Positions 1-8,524 of a stretch of 20,000 nt of DNA are shown piece by piece (positions within the stretch are counted from its first letter, which is position 1; every line of letters begins with the position of its first letter). A program made the position numbers and the translations under genes. The notes under the pieces were generated by a model. The model was not told the origin of the DNA, searched no databases, and saw nothing but the letters and a program-made list of their open reading frames with translations. The stretch is from an uncultured virus (IMG/VR IMGVR_UViG_3300046387_001331) (lineage: Duplodnaviria > Heunggongvirae > Uroviricota > Caudoviricetes). The stretch lies in the IMG/VR virus record IMGVR_UViG_3300046387_001331. One strand, given 5' to 3'.

Positions 1-1
1 C

Positions 2-340
2 ACTATCGTTGTTAGATTGCGTAGTGGTGATTTAGACATTCTCGGAAATTATTGGAATGTTTACACACAATCGGTGGAACGAGGACAAATTGAACCTTGG
101 AATCAACGAACCGAAAAACCTACTTCTCTTTCACCAAATCCTTATTGCGTTGATAAATCCTATTCAGGTGAAGTTCTTGCTTTTCTTGAGGAACTTATTG
201 CGGAAATGAAAGGTGAACGATATTTCAATGAGTCTGATCCAATGACCGACTATTTTCATTGTTCCCACTACATTGACATTGATGTTGGTAATTGGGAAAA
301 ACCTTACATCTATAACGGAGAACTTGCTGAGGCTGCTTAA
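2..340 (+). CDS. Conserved phage hypothetical protein, 5' end outside window
   Basis: Frame is open from base 2 (TIVVRLRSG...). The C-terminal motif SDPMTDYFHCSHYIDIDVGNWEKPY is recalled from a widespread phage family. Confidence 0.75.
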   Translation, partial: TIVVRLRSGDLDILGNYWNVYTQSVERGQIEPWNQRTEKPTSLSPNPYCVDKSYSGEVLAFLEELIAEMKGERYFNESDPMTDYFHCSHYIDIDVGNWEKPYIYNGELAEAA

Positions 341-341
341 T

Positions 342-548
342 ATGAAAACTGCATCAAAATTTTATAATCACGATTTTTTACTCGAATATCAAAATACGAT
401 TCTGTCTCATTTGTCTCAGCAATACAAGAAAGTTGAAAGAACAGATGCACTTGAATATTTTCAAAATCAAATAGAAGTTACACGAAGCAAAATACAACAA
501 ATTATTAACGATAGAGTAGGATTGAATAAAGATCATGAAACTAACTAA
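342..548 (+). CDS. Hypothetical protein (68 aa)
   Basis: ATG 342 lies 1 nt after the upstream TAA. Start moved from the ORF-track position 273. Confidence 0.65.
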   Translation: MKTASKFYNHDFLLEYQNTILSHLSQQYKKVERTDALEYFQNQIEVTRSKIQQIINDRVGLNKDHETN

Positions 549-768
549 CTATGACGGAACTGAGGCATCTCAGAAGGCATACAACATTCAAGAAAGTATC
601 AATTTAATTCGCAACGAAACTATTCCTGCGTTACAACGCAACGAATATAATTTGACGGACGAAGAAAATGCCGAACGAATTGCTAATTTAAGAAAGTATC
701 TTAATAGATTGCAATATGATCTTGCGTTGGAAATCAACAACAACGATGCTTGGCAAAACGTTTATTGA
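535..768 (+). CDS. Hypothetical helical protein
   Basis: 77 aa ORF in a tightly packed run of genes. Confidence 0.65.
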   Translation: MKLTNYDGTEASQKAYNIQESINLIRNETIPALQRNEYNLTDEENAERIANLRKYLNRLQYDLALEINNNDAWQNVY

Positions 769-769
769 T

Positions 770-1108
770 ATGACACTTTACGATTACAATGTAGATAAAC
801 ATCAAGTTTTTGATGGCAACCCCAATCATCTGATTGTAGATGCTTCCAAGATTGGTCTTCCACCGGGATTCTTTCCAAATTGGATAAGTACAAATGATAT
901 TGGCAACGGAAATCCATTTTATTCAGATAAAATAATTCGTGAAATGGTCGGACAAACTGATAGTGAAATTGAAGATATTATGTACGGAGATGTTGAGTGT
1001 TATGTGTACAAGCAAAATGGTGGAGGTACGGTATTGCTCGTAAACAATGATTCTTACAATTACACAGAATATGCTGATGAATACTATTCACAGAAAAATA
1101 ATGCTTGA
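770..1108 (+). CDS. Hypothetical protein
   Basis: ATG 770 lies 1 nt after the upstream TGA. Start moved from 716. Confidence 0.65.
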   Translation: MTLYDYNVDKHQVFDGNPNHLIVDASKIGLPPGFFPNWISTNDIGNGNPFYSDKIIREMVGQTDSEIEDIMYGDVECYVYKQNGGGTVLLVNNDSYNYTEYADEYYSQKNNA

Positions 1109-1133
1109 CTTTTTATAATAATTGTGGTAGATT
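1105..1133 (+). promoter_or_regulatory. sigma70-type promoter with extended -10
   Basis: TTGACT (1105-1110), 17 nt spacer, TG-N-TAGATT (-10 at 1128-1133). Shares its first 16 nt with the promoter at 19619. Confidence 0.75.
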
Positions 1134-1170
1134 ACTTGTATTGAGAGTGAGAAAAGAGAAAGATAAAAAA

Positions 1171-1554
1171 ATGACATTAGAATTAGTAGAAACACGCAAA
1201 GCATATGTAGTTCAATTTTGGGGAACGAGAACACACGTTACGTCTCCTATTTTCAAAAGCAGACAAGCAGCTGCCAACTACGTCGTCCGTGAAGGTTATA
1301 GGGTAGTTGAAGATTTGCAACTTCTTGAAATTGATTTGGACAAAATTGCCAATAATGAAAATGCGGTAGTTGAACAATATCACATCAGCACGGCAAAGGT
1401 TGGTTTTCGTATGAGTGAAGGTGATGATCCCAACGAATTTGTGTTTGATTCAATCAGTCAATCAGAACGTCAAAAGAATTCATTGTATTCTTTGAATGCT
1501 TTTAGTATTCCTTTTCCAATGGTTGCTAAGTTGACTAATATGGCAAATGTCTAA
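1171..1554 (+). CDS. Hypothetical protein, paralog of the next gene
   Basis: ATG 1171 follows a purine-rich leader. The ORF-track TTG at 1105 is the -35 box. Aligns without gaps to 1547..1885. Confidence 0.75.
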   Translation: MTLELVETRKAYVVQFWGTRTHVTSPIFKSRQAAANYVVREGYRVVEDLQLLEIDLDKIANNENAVVEQYHISTAKVGFRMSEGDDPNEFVFDSISQSERQKNSLYSLNAFSIPFPMVAKLTNMANV

Positions 1555-1885
1555 TAAACTTTACAAAGCAACTTTTAAGGGAATTCGCAAAACTGCGAAA
1601 TCTCCTTTATACAGCAACAAAAATGCTTGTTTACGATGGGTCGCAAATAATTCACATCGTGTGCTTGGAGAGTTGTTGGTATATGAACTTGATTTAGAAA
1701 AAACAAAACAATCCAATGATCGTGTAGCAAGTGCATACGAGTATCCTGAATTAAGACTCGATGATGAACAAACAATTTCGGTGGAAAATTTATTGAATGC
1801 AGAAAAATTTGCATTTGATTTAGGAAGAACCACATTGTTCGGAATATTAAATTTAACGGAAGAACTTAAACTTGGTATTGCATAA
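1547..1885 (+). CDS. Hypothetical protein, paralog of the previous gene
   Basis: Shared pattern K-x-Y-x3-F-x-G-x-R-x4-SP...RV...E-x-DL-x-K. Confidence 0.75.
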   Translation: MSNKLYKATFKGIRKTAKSPLYSNKNACLRWVANNSHRVLGELLVYELDLEKTKQSNDRVASAYEYPELRLDDEQTISVENLLNAEKFAFDLGRTTLFGILNLTEELKLGIA

Positions 1886-1912
1886 TTAATCCAAATTTGT
1901 AATAATAATAAT

Positions 1913-2131
1913 ATGACAAAAGTAACAATGATTGACCCCGATGGAGGGTGGAAATATGGATTTCCAAAGATGCTACCAAACGAACTTGAAGGTAAGGATG
2001 TTACCGAATGGTTAATTGAAAATGGATACCCACGTGAGGTGATTGACAAATGGAAACAATCTGACTTGGGATATCTCCCTTGCAGATACTGGGAAACGGA
2101 GATGATAAATGTCACGGAAGAACACAAGTAA
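1913..2131 (+). CDS. Conserved phage hypothetical protein
   Basis: IDPxxGWKYGFPK...WLIENGYP motif, recalled from large phages. Confidence 0.75.
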   Translation: MTKVTMIDPDGGWKYGFPKMLPNELEGKDVTEWLIENGYPREVIDKWKQSDLGYLPCRYWETEMINVTEEHK

Positions 2132-2300
2132 TTTTCACCAGATACTTCGTAATTTGACAATCGAGTTGCGAAAAGGTGACCAAATTACGATTTGGCATGA
2201 TGGATACCAAGTTTGTTTTAAAAATGTAGGAACAAGTAATTTCAAAATAGTAAAAAATCAAGATAATAAAAAAAATGCAAACACTAACTACTCTATATAA
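2109..2300 (+). CDS. Small hypothetical protein
   Basis: 63 aa ORF that fills the gap and overlaps both neighbours. Confidence 0.5.
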   Translation: MSRKNTSNFHQILRNLTIELRKGDQITIWHDGYQVCFKNVGTSNFKIVKNQDNKKNANTNYSI

Positions 2301-3444
2301 ATTAGATACAACTGGCAAAATTCGTCAATGGACGGTCAGAGTAAAGGACAATTCATTTTGGACTGAGCAAGGTCAAGTGGATGGTAAGATTGTAATTAAC
2401 AAACCTACAATTACCACTCCTAAGAATGAAGGTCGTGCTAATGCCACAACTGCTGAAGAGCAAGCAATACTTGAAGCAAAAGCAAAGTATACCAAGTATC
2501 TTGATAAAGGATATGTAGAAAACATTGAAGATGTTGATAAAATCACTTTGTATAATCCAATGCTTGCTCAGAAGTTTGAAGACCGTGTAGATGGTCTTAC
2601 GTTTCCTTTATACACTCAACCCAAGTTGGATGGAGTTCGTTGTATTGTTTATATGCAAGACGGAGAGTTGGTTGCTAAGTCTCGTCAAGGAAAACCCATT
2701 GATACCGTTGTTCATATTCTTGAAGAATTGAAACCATTTTTTGAGCAAAGTCCAAATGCAGTTCTTGACGGAGAACTTTACAATCACGATTACAAAAACG
2801 ACTTTAATAAAATCATTTCACTTGTCCGCAAAATGAAACCGGTTCGTAGTGAGAAGGATACTGACAAAACTTTCGCAAAGAAACAGGAAAAGTTTGCGAT
2901 TGCTCTTGAAGAAGCAAAAACTAAAATTCAGTATTGGATTTACGATGTTCCACGTGATGGCAATTTAACAGAAGCAGATGATTTTCATCCTCGTTTTTTT
3001 GGTGCGGAAATTCCAAAAACGAATTCGTGTGTGATTGTTAAAACAGGTATCGTTAATGATATGAAGGAACTTGATCAATATTATGATACTTACATGGAGT
3101 TTGGATACGAAGGACAAATTGTGCGTGTAAATGGTCCTTATGAAAACAAACGAAGCAAACTTCTTCTTAAACGCAAAGACTTTACAGATGCCGAATATCT
3201 TGTCATTGACATCAATGAGGGTGATGGTAATCGCACCGGTACTGCAAAGAACCTTGTATGCAAAGATGAAGCAACTGGAAAAATCTTCAATAGTAACATC
3301 AAGGGTACGCACGAATATCTTGCAGAAATTCTTGAGAACAAAGAAAATTACATTGGTAAGCAAGCAACCATCAAGTTCTTTGAATTGACACCTGATGGTA
3401 TTCCTCGGTTTCCGTATGCAATTGCATTTCGTGATTACGAATAA
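2275..3444 (+). CDS. lig: ATP-dependent DNA ligase with N-terminal WGR-like domain
   Basis: Motif I QPKLDGVRC (KxDG), motif III VLDGELY, IIIa YWIYDV, IV YEGQIVR, V LLKRKD. The OB-fold ends TPDGIPRFP. Confidence 0.95.
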   Translation: MQTLTTLYKLDTTGKIRQWTVRVKDNSFWTEQGQVDGKIVINKPTITTPKNEGRANATTAEEQAILEAKAKYTKYLDKGYVENIEDVDKITLYNPMLAQKFEDRVDGLTFPLYTQPKLDGVRCIVYMQDGELVAKSRQGKPIDTVVHILEELKPFFEQSPNAVLDGELYNHDYKNDFNKIISLVRKMKPVRSEKDTDKTFAKKQEKFAIALEEAKTKIQYWIYDVPRDGNLTEADDFHPRFFGAEIPKTNSCVIVKTGIVNDMKELDQYYDTYMEFGYEGQIVRVNGPYENKRSKLLLKRKDFTDAEYLVIDINEGDGNRTGTAKNLVCKDEATGKIFNSNIKGTHEYLAEILENKENYIGKQATIKFFELTPDGIPRFPYAIAFRDYE

Positions 3445-3447
3445 TAC

Positions 3448-3476
3448 TTGACAAGACAATACCAAAATTATATTAT
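3448..3476 (+). promoter_or_regulatory. sigma70-type promoter
   Basis: TTGACA (3448-3453), 17 nt spacer, TATTAT (3471-3476). ATG follows after 7 nt. Confidence 0.75.
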
Positions 3477-3483
3477 ATAAATT

Positions 3484-3720
3484 ATGATTATACAAAGTGA
3501 AACAATAATGTCGGTTGTAAGTTCTTTTGAGGAAATCGCAGAACGTTCTGATGATGTCGCAAGCAAGTATCTTGCAAATGCTCTTAAAACGGCAACTGAG
3601 GAAAACAGAATTGAACTTCTTAATTCTGAAAAGAATGAATATGAGATCTTATCAGAAAGAGCAGATGCACTAAAAGATGCAGTTGAAGAAGTAAGAACTA
3701 AATTTCAGAACAATGAGTGA
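3484..3720 (+). CDS. Hypothetical coiled-coil protein
   Basis: 78 aa helical ORF directly after a promoter. Confidence 0.7.
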   Translation: MIIQSETIMSVVSSFEEIAERSDDVASKYLANALKTATEENRIELLNSEKNEYEILSERADALKDAVEEVRTKFQNNE

Positions 3721-3946
3721 CGAGTTTCAAAAGTGTCCTGTCGTAACTGAAACAATTGCGAGAGTAGCATCTGATCCTTACTCGGAAGGTGTTACGCATG
3801 GTGGTCTCCATCCAAGTTCATTATCAAAAATTGTGGAAAAACTTTTTTGGTCTGGAGACAAAAATTTTAACAATGTGACACTTGAAATTAAAAAAGAGAT
3901 TGATGATCACCATATTTCAGTCAAGGTTGTTGATCGTGGTCACTAA
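3713..3946 (+). CDS. Hypothetical protein
   Basis: 77 aa ORF overlapping the upstream stop. Confidence 0.65.
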   Translation: MSDEFQKCPVVTETIARVASDPYSEGVTHGGLHPSSLSKIVEKLFWSGDKNFNNVTLEIKKEIDDHHISVKVVDRGH

Positions 3947-3947
3947 T

Positions 3948-3976
3948 TTGACAAAATGAAAGAGTTGTGGTATAAT
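3948..3976 (+). promoter_or_regulatory. Consensus sigma70 promoter with extended -10
   Basis: TTGACA (3948-3953), 17 nt spacer, TG-G-TATAAT (-10 at 3971-3976). ATG follows after 5 nt. Confidence 0.9.
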
Positions 3977-3981
3977 AAGAC

Positions 3982-4257
3982 ATGAGTAACAAGAAAAGAT
4001 ATAGTGAGACTCCTATTCACGAATATCGCATCAAATATTTGACGAAAGGAGCAACCGTTCCTAATTATCATTATTATATGTGTGAAAATGCAGAACAAGC
4101 ATTGCAGTTTCAAATTGAAATGGCAAACCATAAAAAATGGGAATTTGAAATTCTCAAAATTGAGAAATTTTTCAAGTATTCGGATAAGTGGATGGACGAA
4201 AGTGAAGTGCTCACAGATAAAAATAGATATATAACAAAGGATATGCACGATGACTAA
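3982..4257 (+). CDS. Hypothetical protein
   Basis: 91 aa ORF directly downstream of the consensus promoter. Confidence 0.75.
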   Translation: MSNKKRYSETPIHEYRIKYLTKGATVPNYHYYMCENAEQALQFQIEMANHKKWEFEILKIEKFFKYSDKWMDESEVLTDKNRYITKDMHDD

Positions 4258-4555
4258 AACATACGAAATTGAAGTACAAAAAGATTCAGAAACAGATGAT
4301 TTGTTTTTTGAAATTCCACCTAAATTGTTAAAGAATCTTGGTTGGAAAACTGGTGACGATTTAAAGTGGGAAGAAACAGACGAAGGTGTTCGTCTTAGAA
4401 AAGTAAAATATGAAACCGTAGAACTTGATTTTGATGATGAAGAGTATTTTAAGTTTCTAAGATTTGCACACGAAAACAATATGAGTTTCAACGAACTTGT
4501 TGAAGAATCAGTAAAAGAAGCAATGAAAAATAATGAAGAGAATGGAACAATTTGA
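4250..4555 (+). CDS. AbrB/MazE-like DNA-binding protein with C-terminal ribbon-helix-helix-like region
   Basis: LFFEIPPKLLKNLGWKTGDDLKW fits the AbrB/SpoVT swapped-hairpin pattern. VELDFDDEEYFKFLRFAHENNMSFNELVEE fits an RHH pattern. Confidence 0.7.
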   Translation: MTKTYEIEVQKDSETDDLFFEIPPKLLKNLGWKTGDDLKWEETDEGVRLRKVKYETVELDFDDEEYFKFLRFAHENNMSFNELVEESVKEAMKNNEENGTI

Positions 4556-4763
4556 ATCAGATATGTCAGATACTTACAATATCTTCAACGAACTTGAAAC
4601 GATATTGTACAAGGTAGGAGATGCTCCTGCACAACCTACTGAAGATGAACTTATGAATATGCTCATTGGAGTGATTGATTTACACAAAGTTCGTTACGAA
4701 AAAATGTGGGCATCTTGGAACGAATTTCAAAAGCAAAATACCAAAGTCGATATTACGATATGA
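4542..4763 (+). CDS. Conserved phage hypothetical protein
   Basis: TEDELMNMLIG...LH motif recalled from T4-like phages. Start could be 4533 or 4542. Confidence 0.65.
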   Translation: MEQFESDMSDTYNIFNELETILYKVGDAPAQPTEDELMNMLIGVIDLHKVRYEKMWASWNEFQKQNTKVDITI

Positions 4764-4966
4764 GTGACAAACCAACATATGAAGAGTATACACAAGAGTG
4801 GTCATTGATGGACAAATTAGTATTCTATTACGAAAAAGATTTAAATAATTCACAGGTAGATTTAAATGAAATTGCAAGACACATTGCACATGATATAACC
4901 CGTATTCAACAATTTGAGAATGATCTCAAACAATACCTAATAGAAAGAGAATATATAAATGAGTGA
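4760..4966 (+). CDS. Hypothetical protein
   Basis: ATGA overlap with the upstream stop. Start moved from 4706. Confidence 0.65.
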   Translation: MSDKPTYEEYTQEWSLMDKLVFYYEKDLNNSQVDLNEIARHIAHDITRIQQFENDLKQYLIEREYINE

Positions 4967-5120
4967 AACAGAGACTGAAGAAGAAGTAACAATTAAACTA
5001 AGTTCTTATACCGATGAATTTGGTGGAACACAATACAATTGGGATGCAATCATTGAAGAAGCAGAACAACAAATCAGAAACACAACAGGTCGTGATGTCG
5101 GTGTGTGGATGAGTGAGTAG
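4959..5120 (+). CDS. Small acidic protein (53 aa, not in ORF track)
   Basis: MSETETEEEVTIKLSSYTDEFGGTQYNWDAIIEEAEQQIRNTTGRDVGVWMSE*. Fills the gap exactly. Confidence 0.65.
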   Translation: MSETETEEEVTIKLSSYTDEFGGTQYNWDAIIEEAEQQIRNTTGRDVGVWMSE

Positions 5121-5122
5121 TT

Positions 5123-5380
5123 ATGAATCAATCAGACGAAGACGGAATCAATCTTAATCGCAGTTACGATATCGGTTTTCTTGACGGACTTAAACGTGCA
5201 TATGAGTTGGTAGGGAACTTAGGAGACTTTTATGAAAGCAATAATGCGGTAAATGAAGATGTAACTAATGAAGAAAAATCACTTCATGAAAATGCAAAAA
5301 AGAGTCAAGTGAATGCGTGTCGTTATGCCCAACACGTTATTCGCAAAAATTCATTCGGAGAAGAAGATTTACCTTGGTGA
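5123..5380 (+). CDS. Hypothetical protein
   Basis: 85 aa ORF starting 2 nt after the upstream TAG. Confidence 0.65.
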   Translation: MNQSDEDGINLNRSYDIGFLDGLKRAYELVGNLGDFYESNNAVNEDVTNEEKSLHENAKKSQVNACRYAQHVIRKNSFGEEDLPW

Positions 5381-5382
5381 TT

Positions 5383-5613
5383 ATGAATACAATTAAAGAA
5401 AAATATAAAACAACATTGAATCATCGTCTTGAATGCATTCAGGAGGATTTGGCAGTATTAGTAGATTTCATTGAAAAGCAAAATCTAACAGATGCATTCA
5501 AACAAAGCACAGAGTTTGCAAATGAAGCATGGCATCATATTAGCAACATTGAAATTGCGTGTGATTTGAAAGATGATGCCCCAAGTGAATGGAGTTGTGC
5601 TTCTTGTAAATGA
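5383..5613 (+). CDS. Hypothetical protein
   Basis: ATG 5383 lies 2 nt after the upstream TGA. Start moved from 5317. Confidence 0.65.
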   Translation: MNTIKEKYKTTLNHRLECIQEDLAVLVDFIEKQNLTDAFKQSTEFANEAWHHISNIEIACDLKDDAPSEWSCASCK

Positions 5614-5768
5614 ATAAATTAGTTTCTATAATTGCGTGTGTGTCAATTTACGGATTGGGATTCTTGCATGGTAATAGTTCAGATAGTAAACTAATTGGTT
5701 ATATCGTTTGTGGCATCATTGGTTATTTTGTTGGTACTGCAATTTATCAATATTTTAAAAGAAGTTAA
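5610..5768 (+). CDS. Small two-TM membrane protein (52 aa, not in ORF track)
   Basis: MNKLVSIIACVSIYGLGFLHG...LIGYIVCGIIGYFVGTAIYQYFKRS*. ATGA overlap and two hydrophobic stretches. Confidence 0.65.
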   Translation: MNKLVSIIACVSIYGLGFLHGNSSDSKLIGYIVCGIIGYFVGTAIYQYFKRS

Positions 5769-5770
5769 TT

Positions 5771-6037
5771 ATGAAAATTAAACTTGGAGTGCGTGGAAAT
5801 TCCGATGCCGTCAATGCGATTATCATAAAAATGGATGATCTTATGCTTGTTACTGCTGATAACATATTTCTTATCGGAGAGGAAAGCAGAAATAAGATGG
5901 GAAAGAACATTGTTGTTTTGCTTGATTCTTTGAGCAAAGAACATGAAATAGAAATCGGAGAAACGGTAGCACCTATGATAGAATCTGAACTGAACTTGGA
6001 AGAAGGAACTTTAAATAGATTTACAAATTTAAGATGA
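5771..6037 (+). CDS. Hypothetical protein
   Basis: 88 aa ORF in a tightly packed run. Confidence 0.65.
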   Translation: MKIKLGVRGNSDAVNAIIIKMDDLMLVTADNIFLIGEESRNKMGKNIVVLLDSLSKEHEIEIGETVAPMIESELNLEEGTLNRFTNLR

Positions 6038-6600
6038 CAAGTACACGAACAAGAAACATTAAAACATTGGACATAATTCGTGAGAATAATATGATTCCTA
6101 AAAATTCCGTGTATTCGCATTTGAACATTAAAAGTTTATTCAAAAGGTGGGATTTAGTACCACGATATTTGGCAATTGAAAATCATTATGGTGAGAATAA
6201 TTTTGGATGGGAATTATTCCGTAAGTTAAGATTACATCAATCAAGGGAATTTGGAGATGGAACGGGTCAAACTCTTTATGATCAAACTACACGAACTAAC
6301 TTTGAATCACTTATAGATAGTATTAAGAATGGATACAATCGTGAGTTTCCTATTGTTGTAAACGAAACTGGTTTAAGAATAAACAAAGGTTGGTTGCGAT
6401 TTGCGTGTTGTCTATATTTCAACATAGATGAAATACCTTGTAAGTTTGATACTTTGAATCCAAATCCATCATATTCAAAAACATGGATGGTGACTGAAGT
6501 TGGATACAATAAAAAAGAAATGGATTTAATTGAGGATGGTTATACTCGTATTTTTACTAGGTTAGAAAAAACAATATTGAATTACTATGACGAGGAATAA
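6034..6600 (+). CDS. ParB/Srx-like fold protein with degenerate motif
   Basis: FESLIDSIKNGYNREFPIVV...INKGWLRFACCLYFNIDEIPC follows the ParB-N layout (LxxSI..G...PI.V...DGxHR...L...IP). Confidence 0.55.
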   Translation: MTSTRTRNIKTLDIIRENNMIPKNSVYSHLNIKSLFKRWDLVPRYLAIENHYGENNFGWELFRKLRLHQSREFGDGTGQTLYDQTTRTNFESLIDSIKNGYNREFPIVVNETGLRINKGWLRFACCLYFNIDEIPCKFDTLNPNPSYSKTWMVTEVGYNKKEMDLIEDGYTRIFTRLEKTILNYYDEE

Positions 6601-7117
6601 AAAAGAAATAGGATTTTTATACGGCAACCTGCTTGATTTTCCATATGGAATAAATACAATAGCACATTGTTGCAATACGATGAATGTAATGGGTGCGGGT
6701 ATTGCAAAGCAAATTGCCGACCGCTATCCAGAAGCAAAAGAAGCAGATGATGCTTGTGCTAAACTTGGACAAAATGATTTAGGAGAACGTAGTTTTGCAG
6801 AAGTCGAGATAGAAGATACAAATTCACTTCCCCATCAGGAGTTCGGAAAAAATAATCGTAAATGTAGAATATATAATCTTTACACTCAAGATGGTATAAG
6901 TTTTGGTCGTGAAGTAAATTATGAGGCACTTTATCGTAATCTTCTTTTAATGCGGAATCATCTTAATGATGTTCCCAATTGCGTTCTAGGATTGCCATAT
7001 CAAATGAGTAGTGGACTTGCCGGAGGAAGTTGGGAAATTGTCAATGCCATGATCAACACAATATTTGCTTCCGATGCAACTTATTTTAAAACTTATATCG
7101 TAAAATACGAACCATAA
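6587..7117 (+). CDS. Macrodomain (ADP-ribose binding/hydrolase, Poa1p/T4 Tk.4-like)
   Basis: GNLL...IAHCCNTMNVMGAGIAKQI...YP; IYNLYTQ; LPYQMSSGLAGGSW. Confidence 0.9.
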   Translation: MTRNKKEIGFLYGNLLDFPYGINTIAHCCNTMNVMGAGIAKQIADRYPEAKEADDACAKLGQNDLGERSFAEVEIEDTNSLPHQEFGKNNRKCRIYNLYTQDGISFGREVNYEALYRNLLLMRNHLNDVPNCVLGLPYQMSSGLAGGSWEIVNAMINTIFASDATYFKTYIVKYEP

Positions 7118-7130
7118 GTTGATTTGCCAA

Positions 7131-7138
7131 ATATATAT
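7131..7138 (+). promoter_or_regulatory. Putative phage late promoter motif (variant ATATATAT)
   Basis: 5 nt before ATG 7144. One mismatch to the ATATTTAT seen at three other operon heads. Confidence 0.4.
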
Positions 7139-7143
7139 ATTTT

Positions 7144-7740
7144 ATGAAATTAAGTACACTTAAATCTGTAATTAAAGAAGAAATCAAAAGTCTTCTAACA
7201 AGTAAACCAAAAATGTCAAAGCATCTTGAGTATCATATGGAAAATCACTCAACATTAGTTGAAGGAGTATTTCGGTACGGTTCTGATTCATATATTGATT
7301 TGTTTGAAGAAGCAAGAAACCTTCACGCAGAAAATAAAATTCAATTAAGTGAAGTTGATCAACATTTAATTGAGAACACAGACATTGGTAAGTGGGGTGA
7401 ATATAATGAAATGCGTGTTCCGTTGGATTGTCCGTTTCAAATTCATGAATCAGAGTATCAAGGAAAAGATGTTGAACTCAACAAACCAAAACGTGGTGGA
7501 AAAAAGAAGTTTTATGTTTATGTAAAAGACCCAAGCAGTGGTAACATCAAAAAAGTATCATTTGGTGATACTACTGGACTAAGTGTAAAGTTCAAAGATC
7601 CTGAAAAACGCAAAGCATTTGCTGATCGGCATAATTGTTCTACCAAGAAAGATAGAACCAAAGCAGGATATTGGTCTTGCAATCTTCCTCGTTATGCAAA
7701 GCAACTTGGGATGGGTGATAACCAAAATACCTATTGGTAA
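7144..7740 (+). CDS. Conserved phage protein, probable internal head protein
   Basis: N-terminal MKLSTLKSVIKEEI helix. Basic C-terminal domain KKFYVYV...KKVSFGD...RKAFADRHNC...AGYWSC, recalled from large phages. Confidence 0.75.
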   Translation: MKLSTLKSVIKEEIKSLLTSKPKMSKHLEYHMENHSTLVEGVFRYGSDSYIDLFEEARNLHAENKIQLSEVDQHLIENTDIGKWGEYNEMRVPLDCPFQIHESEYQGKDVELNKPKRGGKKKFYVYVKDPSSGNIKKVSFGDTTGLSVKFKDPEKRKAFADRHNCSTKKDRTKAGYWSCNLPRYAKQLGMGDNQNTYW

Positions 7741-8264
7741 TGAAACTTGGTAGTTTAGTTTCCGAAATACAATTAGAAAGCAAACTTGGTGATGAGTTTG
7801 CAGACATCGGTGACGAACTTGCTCAAGAACTTAAAGACGAACTTGAAAACCAAGATGAACTAAATGAAGTGGTAATGAGCATTGTTGCTTATGTAATGTT
7901 AAGCAACGGAATAATGGGACTTACAAGTAAACTCGTTAAACGAATCAGCAAGAAATATAATTTTGGTAAAGGAGTATCGGCTGCCGAGAAAATAGAAGCA
8001 TTTGCAAAAGCAAACGATGATCGTTTTATGTATCCAATTCGTAAAGCAGTTTCATTGTTTACCAAAGATGAAGCAAAAATCAAGAAGGTCACTCATATTT
8101 TATTTGCAGTTGTTGTGTTGAGTATGGCATTAAATGCCGGAATGGAAGTATTTGATTTAATTAAAAATTCTGACTTTATGCAAAGTTCAGTCAACTCGTT
8201 GAGAACGGCAGTAGGTGGTACAAAAGTACACACACTCGTTAGAACGATAGCAAGGTTATTGTGA
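7740..8264 (+). CDS. Hypothetical helical protein with hydrophobic segments
   Basis: TAATG overlap. Acidic N-terminus followed by two hydrophobic helices. Confidence 0.7.
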   Translation: MKLGSLVSEIQLESKLGDEFADIGDELAQELKDELENQDELNEVVMSIVAYVMLSNGIMGLTSKLVKRISKKYNFGKGVSAAEKIEAFAKANDDRFMYPIRKAVSLFTKDEAKIKKVTHILFAVVVLSMALNAGMEVFDLIKNSDFMQSSVNSLRTAVGGTKVHTLVRTIARLL

Positions 8265-8524
8265 ACCCATATACTGAGCAAAAAATTTGGCATAATACTT
8301 ATCTTCGCACTTTTTCTGCGGAAACACCTGAAACAGATTTAATATGGCATCTTGATCGTGAGGACCGTGTCGTAGAAGCAACTCATTATACTGATTGGAA
8401 GTTTCAGTTTGATGATGAATTGCCTATATCTTTGAACAATTTAATTACTATTCCAAAAAATACATTCCATAGAATCATCAAAGGAACTGATGATTGTACA
8501 ATTAGAATAAAGAAGTATGAGTAA
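8261..8524 (+). CDS. Conserved phage cupin-like protein
   Basis: GTGA overlap. LIWHLDREDR...WKFQFDDELP...IPKNTFHRIIKG has the two His motifs of a cupin. Confidence 0.7.
   Translation: MNPYTEQKIWHNTYLRTFSAETPETDLIWHLDREDRVVEATHYTDWKFQFDDELPISLNNLITIPKNTFHRIIKGTDDCTIRIKKYE

Noticed and set aside
2154..2182. TTGACA as a promoter
   Set aside because: No -10 hexamer at 17 nt, and it lies within a CDS.
2109..2300. Resemblance of LTIELRKGDQITI to CsrA
   Set aside because: Lacks the CsrA GIxAP and HRxE motifs.
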